A stretch of 64,000 nt of DNA from Anaeromyxobacter sp. (lineage in GTDB: Bacteria > Myxococcota > Myxococcia > Myxococcales > Anaeromyxobacteraceae). Shown here piece by piece: positions 61,126 through 64,000 of this stretch (within the stretch, counting starts at the first letter, position 1; each line of letters begins with the position of its first letter). A program made the translations under genes and the position numbers. Under the pieces are notes generated by a model. That model searched no databases. It was not told the DNA's origin and was given only the letters and a program-made list of their open reading frames with translations. The stretch lies in contig JASGJN010000022.1 in assembly GCA_049840735.1 (NCBI GenBank), positions 672,001 to 736,000 of the forward strand, read 5' to 3'.

Positions 61126-62490
61126 ATGTCGCTCGACGCCCGCGTCCAGGAGAGCCCGCCCATCGGCGGGATCGAGGAGCTCGCCCGCTACTTCGCCGAG
61201 CGGGAGCGCCCCCGCGCGGACTGGAAGGTGGGGCTGGAGCACGAGAAGCTGGTGATCCGGGCCGGCACCACCGAGGCCATCCCCTACGACGGCGAGCAGG
61301 GCGTGGCGGCGCTGCTGGGCGACTTCACGCGCTGGGGCTACGAGCCGTTCCGCGAGGACGGGCGGATCATCGCCTCGCAGTGCTCCGGGCTGACGGTCTC
61401 CATCGAGCCGGGCGGGCAGATCGAGCTCTCCGGGCGCCCCTTCGCCGACGTGCACGTGGTGGCGGCCGAGCTGGATCGCCACCTGGAGAAGTGCGCCGCG
61501 CTGGCGGCCGAGCGCAGGGTCGAGTTCCTGGCGGCCGGCTACCGGCCCTGGGGCACGCCCGCCACCACGCCCTGGATGCCCAAGAACCGCTACCAGGTGA
61601 TGCGGCCCTACCTGGCGGCCCGCGGGCGGCTGGGGCCGGACATGATGGCCATGACCGCCTCGGCCCAGGCCTCCTACGACTTCTCCTCGCCGGACGACAT
61701 GGCGGAGAAGCTCCGGGTGGCGCTGGCGGTCCAGCCCGCCGTCACGGCGCTGCTGGCCAACTCACCCATCGTGAACGGGCGGCCCAGCGGCTGGAAGAGC
61801 TTCCGGGTGGCGGTGTGGGAGGAGACGGAGCCGGCGCGCTCCGGGCTCCTGCCGTTCGTCTTCGAGCCGGGGTTCGTGGAGGACCCGTACCGTCGGTACG
61901 CGGCCTGGGCGCTGGACGTGCCCATGATCTTCGTCCGCCGCCGCGGCGCCTACCTCGATCCGCGCGGCCTCACCTTCCGCCGCTTCCTGGCGGAGGGGCT
62001 GGACGGGGAGCGGGCCACCCACGCCGACTGGGAGGACCACCTCACCACGCTCTTCCCGGAGGTGCGGGTGAAGGGCGTGGTCGAGGTGCGCGGCGCCGAC
62101 GCCGGCGACGCGGCCCACACCAAGGCGCTGGTGGCGTTCTGGAAGGGCATCCTCTACGACCGCGAGGCGCGCGCCTGGGCCTGGGACGCGGTGAAGCAGC
62201 TGACGGTGCCGGCGCGGCGCGCCCTGATGGTGGCGGCCGGCCGCGAGGGGCTCGCGGCGCGGCTGCCGGACGGCCGCACCCTGGCGCAGCTGGCCGGGAC
62301 GGTGCTGGAGGCGGCCCGGAACGGCCTCTGCCGCCAGCACTGCTGCGGCCAGCGCGGCGAGGACGAGCGGATGTGGCTCGACCCGCTGCGCGCCCGCGCG
62401 GCCTCGGGCCGGGCTCCCGCCGACGAGGCGCTGGAGGCGTTCGAGCGCGGCGGGGACGCGGCGCTGGCGAGGGCGCTGCGGATCGCCTGA
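61126..62490 (+). CDS. gshA: Glutamate-cysteine ligase (GCS2 superfamily, plant/alphaproteobacterial type)
   Basis: VGLEHEK, SIEPGGQIELSG, MPK.RY..M, ANSP, HLTTLFPEVR.K..VEVRGAD. Confidence 0.88.
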   Translation: MSLDARVQESPPIGGIEELARYFAERERPRADWKVGLEHEKLVIRAGTTEAIPYDGEQGVAALLGDFTRWGYEPFREDGRIIASQCSGLTVSIEPGGQIELSGRPFADVHVVAAELDRHLEKCAALAAERRVEFLAAGYRPWGTPATTPWMPKNRYQVMRPYLAARGRLGPDMMAMTASAQASYDFSSPDDMAEKLRVALAVQPAVTALLANSPIVNGRPSGWKSFRVAVWEETEPARSGLLPFVFEPGFVEDPYRRYAAWALDVPMIFVRRRGAYLDPRGLTFRRFLAEGLDGERATHADWEDHLTTLFPEVRVKGVVEVRGADAGDAAHTKALVAFWKGILYDREARAWAWDAVKQLTVPARRALMVAAGREGLAARLPDGRTLAQLAGTVLEAARNGLCRQHCCGQRGEDERMWLDPLRARAASGRAPADEALEAFERGGDAALARALRIA

Positions 62491-62498
62491 ACGGCGGT

Positions 62499-62537
62499 TC
62501 GTGATTCGTGATCACCTGACGGTGTCACGAATCACGA
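62499..62537. terminator. Perfect 13-bp inverted repeat between convergent genes
   Basis: TCGTGATTCGTGA (62499-62511) ... TCACGAATCACGA (62525-62537), with inner CACC/GGTG pairing. Confidence 0.6.
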
Positions 62538-62548
62538 CAGCCAGCTCG

Positions 62549-63283
62549 TCACACCAGCTCCAGATCGGCCCGCGCCACCCAGCCCTCAAGGCCGTTCTCC
62601 AGCTGCACGCGGGCGGCCTGGCCGCGCAGCTCCAGCAGCCGCACCGGGGTCCCCTCGTGCAGCTCGAAGGCCGGCTTGAGGGCCGGCTCCGGCCCCTCGC
62701 GCACCGGCGAGGCGGGCGCGGTCACCACCGCCACCGGGACGCGGCGGTCGGCGGCGCGGGCGGCCAGCAGCGCGCCCCCGGCGGCGGCGGCCAGCGCGCA
62801 AACCACGGCCAGGCCGGTGAGGACGCCGCGCGCCCCCGGGCCGGCGCGGCGCCGCAGCGCCAGGGCCAGCCAGAGCAGCGCCCAGGGGGCGGCGAAGAGC
62901 GCCGTGGCCAGGGCGTCGCCGGTCCGCGCCACCAGCCGCTGGAGCAGCGGCTGCCCGGCGGCGCCCACCACGCGGTCCACGTTGCCGGCCTGGGCCAGCG
63001 CCAGGTTGGCGCGGGCGTCGGCGTCGCCGGGGTCGAGCCGCAGCGCGCGCAGGAAGCTGGCGGCGGCGGCGCCGCGGTGGCCCAGCCGCAGCCGCGCGTT
63101 GCCCTGGTTGAGGTGGAGCGCGGGGCCGTCCCAGCCGGCGTCGAGCAGGGCCTGGTAGCCGCCGGCCGCGGCCTGGAAGTCGCCGGCCAGGTAGGCGGCG
63201 TTGGCGGCCTCGAGCGCGGCGGCGGCCTCGGCGCGCTCGGCGGGGGCGGCGGCCAGGGCCGCGGCGAGCAGGAGCGTGATCAC
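62549..63283 (-). CDS. BatE-like TPR + TM + SH3 protein
   Basis: AN.AY..GDF..A...Y, LHLNQGNA, RALRLDP...ARANL, FELHEGT.V, NGLEGWV. Confidence 0.85.
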   Translation of the reverse strand: MITLLLAAALAAAPAERAEAAAALEAANAAYLAGDFQAAAGGYQALLDAGWDGPALHLNQGNARLRLGHRGAAAASFLRALRLDPGDADARANLALAQAGNVDRVVGAAGQPLLQRLVARTGDALATALFAAPWALLWLALALRRRAGPGARGVLTGLAVVCALAAAAGGALLAARAADRRVPVAVVTAPASPVREGPEPALKPAFELHEGTPVRLLELRGQAARVQLENGLEGWVARADLELV

Positions 63284-63999
63284 GGCGCGACCTCCCCCGG
63301 CCGCCAGTCGGCCTCCTCGAGCAGCTCCAGCGCGCGCTGGGCGGCCTGGAGCACCTCCTCGCCGCGCGCGGCGCCGGCGCCGTAGCGCGACAGCTCCACC
63401 GCGTCCAGCGCCGCCGAGAGCGCCCGCACCGCGGGCGGGTGCGCGCCGGCGCGGGTCAGGGCCGCGGCCAGCGCCTCGCGGGTGAGGCCGGCGGCGGGGC
63501 GGCCCAGCCGCTGGCCGGCGTAGCCGACGAGCGCGCGCTCCACCTCGGCCAGGAAGCCGTCGCGATCACCGCGCGCCAGCCGCCGGCGGGCCTGCGCCAG
63601 CCGCTGCCCGGCCGCGCGACCGGCCACGCGCGCCGCGGGGCGGAGCGCCCGGGCCCGGCCGACGGCCCAGGCCAGCAGGAAGAGCGCCGGCGGCCCGCCC
63701 AGCAGCGCGCCGAAGAGCGGCTGCTCCCAGGGCGGCGGCGCCCGGCGCGCCAGCGTCCCCCCGGAGCGGATGGGGCGCAGCCCGGCCGCCAGCGTGTTGG
63801 TGCCGGCGGCGCCGGCCGCCACGCCGGCACGGGCGGCGGTCACCTCCACCCGCAGCGGCGGGGTGCGCGCCACCTGGTAGCTGCCGCTCTTCGGGTCGAA
63901 GTAGGGCCACTCCAGCCCGGGGAGCTCCAGCGTGCCGGTCCGCTCGGGCACCAGCACCGTCTCCACCGTGCGCGAGCCGCCCAGCCGCGCGCCGCGGCG
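63280..63999 (-). CDS. BatD-family protein, C-terminal part (5' end outside window)
   Basis: LVP...G.LELP.L...YFDP..G.Y, TM helix, GLTRE.L...L and RY motifs; adjacent to batE-like gene. Confidence 0.8.
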   Translation of the reverse strand, partial: RRGARLGGSRTVETVLVPERTGTLELPGLEWPYFDPKSGSYQVARTPPLRVEVTAARAGVAAGAAGTNTLAAGLRPIRSGGTLARRAPPPWEQPLFGALLGGPPALFLLAWAVGRARALRPAARVAGRAAGQRLAQARRRLARGDRDGFLAEVERALVGYAGQRLGRPAAGLTREALAAALTRAGAHPPAVRALSAALDAVELSRYGAGAARGEEVLQAAQRALELLEEADWRPGEVAP

Positions 64000-64000
64000 G

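Overview
A 64 kb GC-rich chromosomal window that looks like an Anaeromyxobacter-like myxobacterium. This is inferred from gene content and order: dapC-dapD-dapE, ssb, dacB, queC, a giant TPR protein, a myxobacterial S41 peptidase, a glutamate-cysteine ligase and batD/batE-like genes. About 14 single-base frameshifts, some in housekeeping-type genes, suggest an imperfectly polished long-read assembly. The most interesting locus is a TetR-controlled unit at 15.6-23.7 kb: FadL-type outer-membrane channel, TetR, FucA-type class II aldolase, HemL-like class III aminotransferase, FGGY kinase, FLVCR-like MFS transporter and an exported protein. A shared palindromic operator links these genes. The chemistry fits uptake and transaminase/kinase/aldolase cleavage of a hydrophobic amino-polyol such as phytosphingosine; this is a hypothesis. 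Other findings: an IS5-type element with terminal inverted repeats, inserted in a CTAG shared by two convergent stop codons and carrying a truncated TnpB-like gene; a REP-like repeat family with covarying internal hairpins; a 51-bp tandem array grown out of one REP copy; a radC-internal direct repeat bounding a lower-GC insert; an ISAs1 transposase; a solitary N6-adenine methyltransferase; and a deleted hybrid kinase. No rRNA, tRNA or CRISPR array was recognised. No database searches were run, so family calls come from motif recognition.
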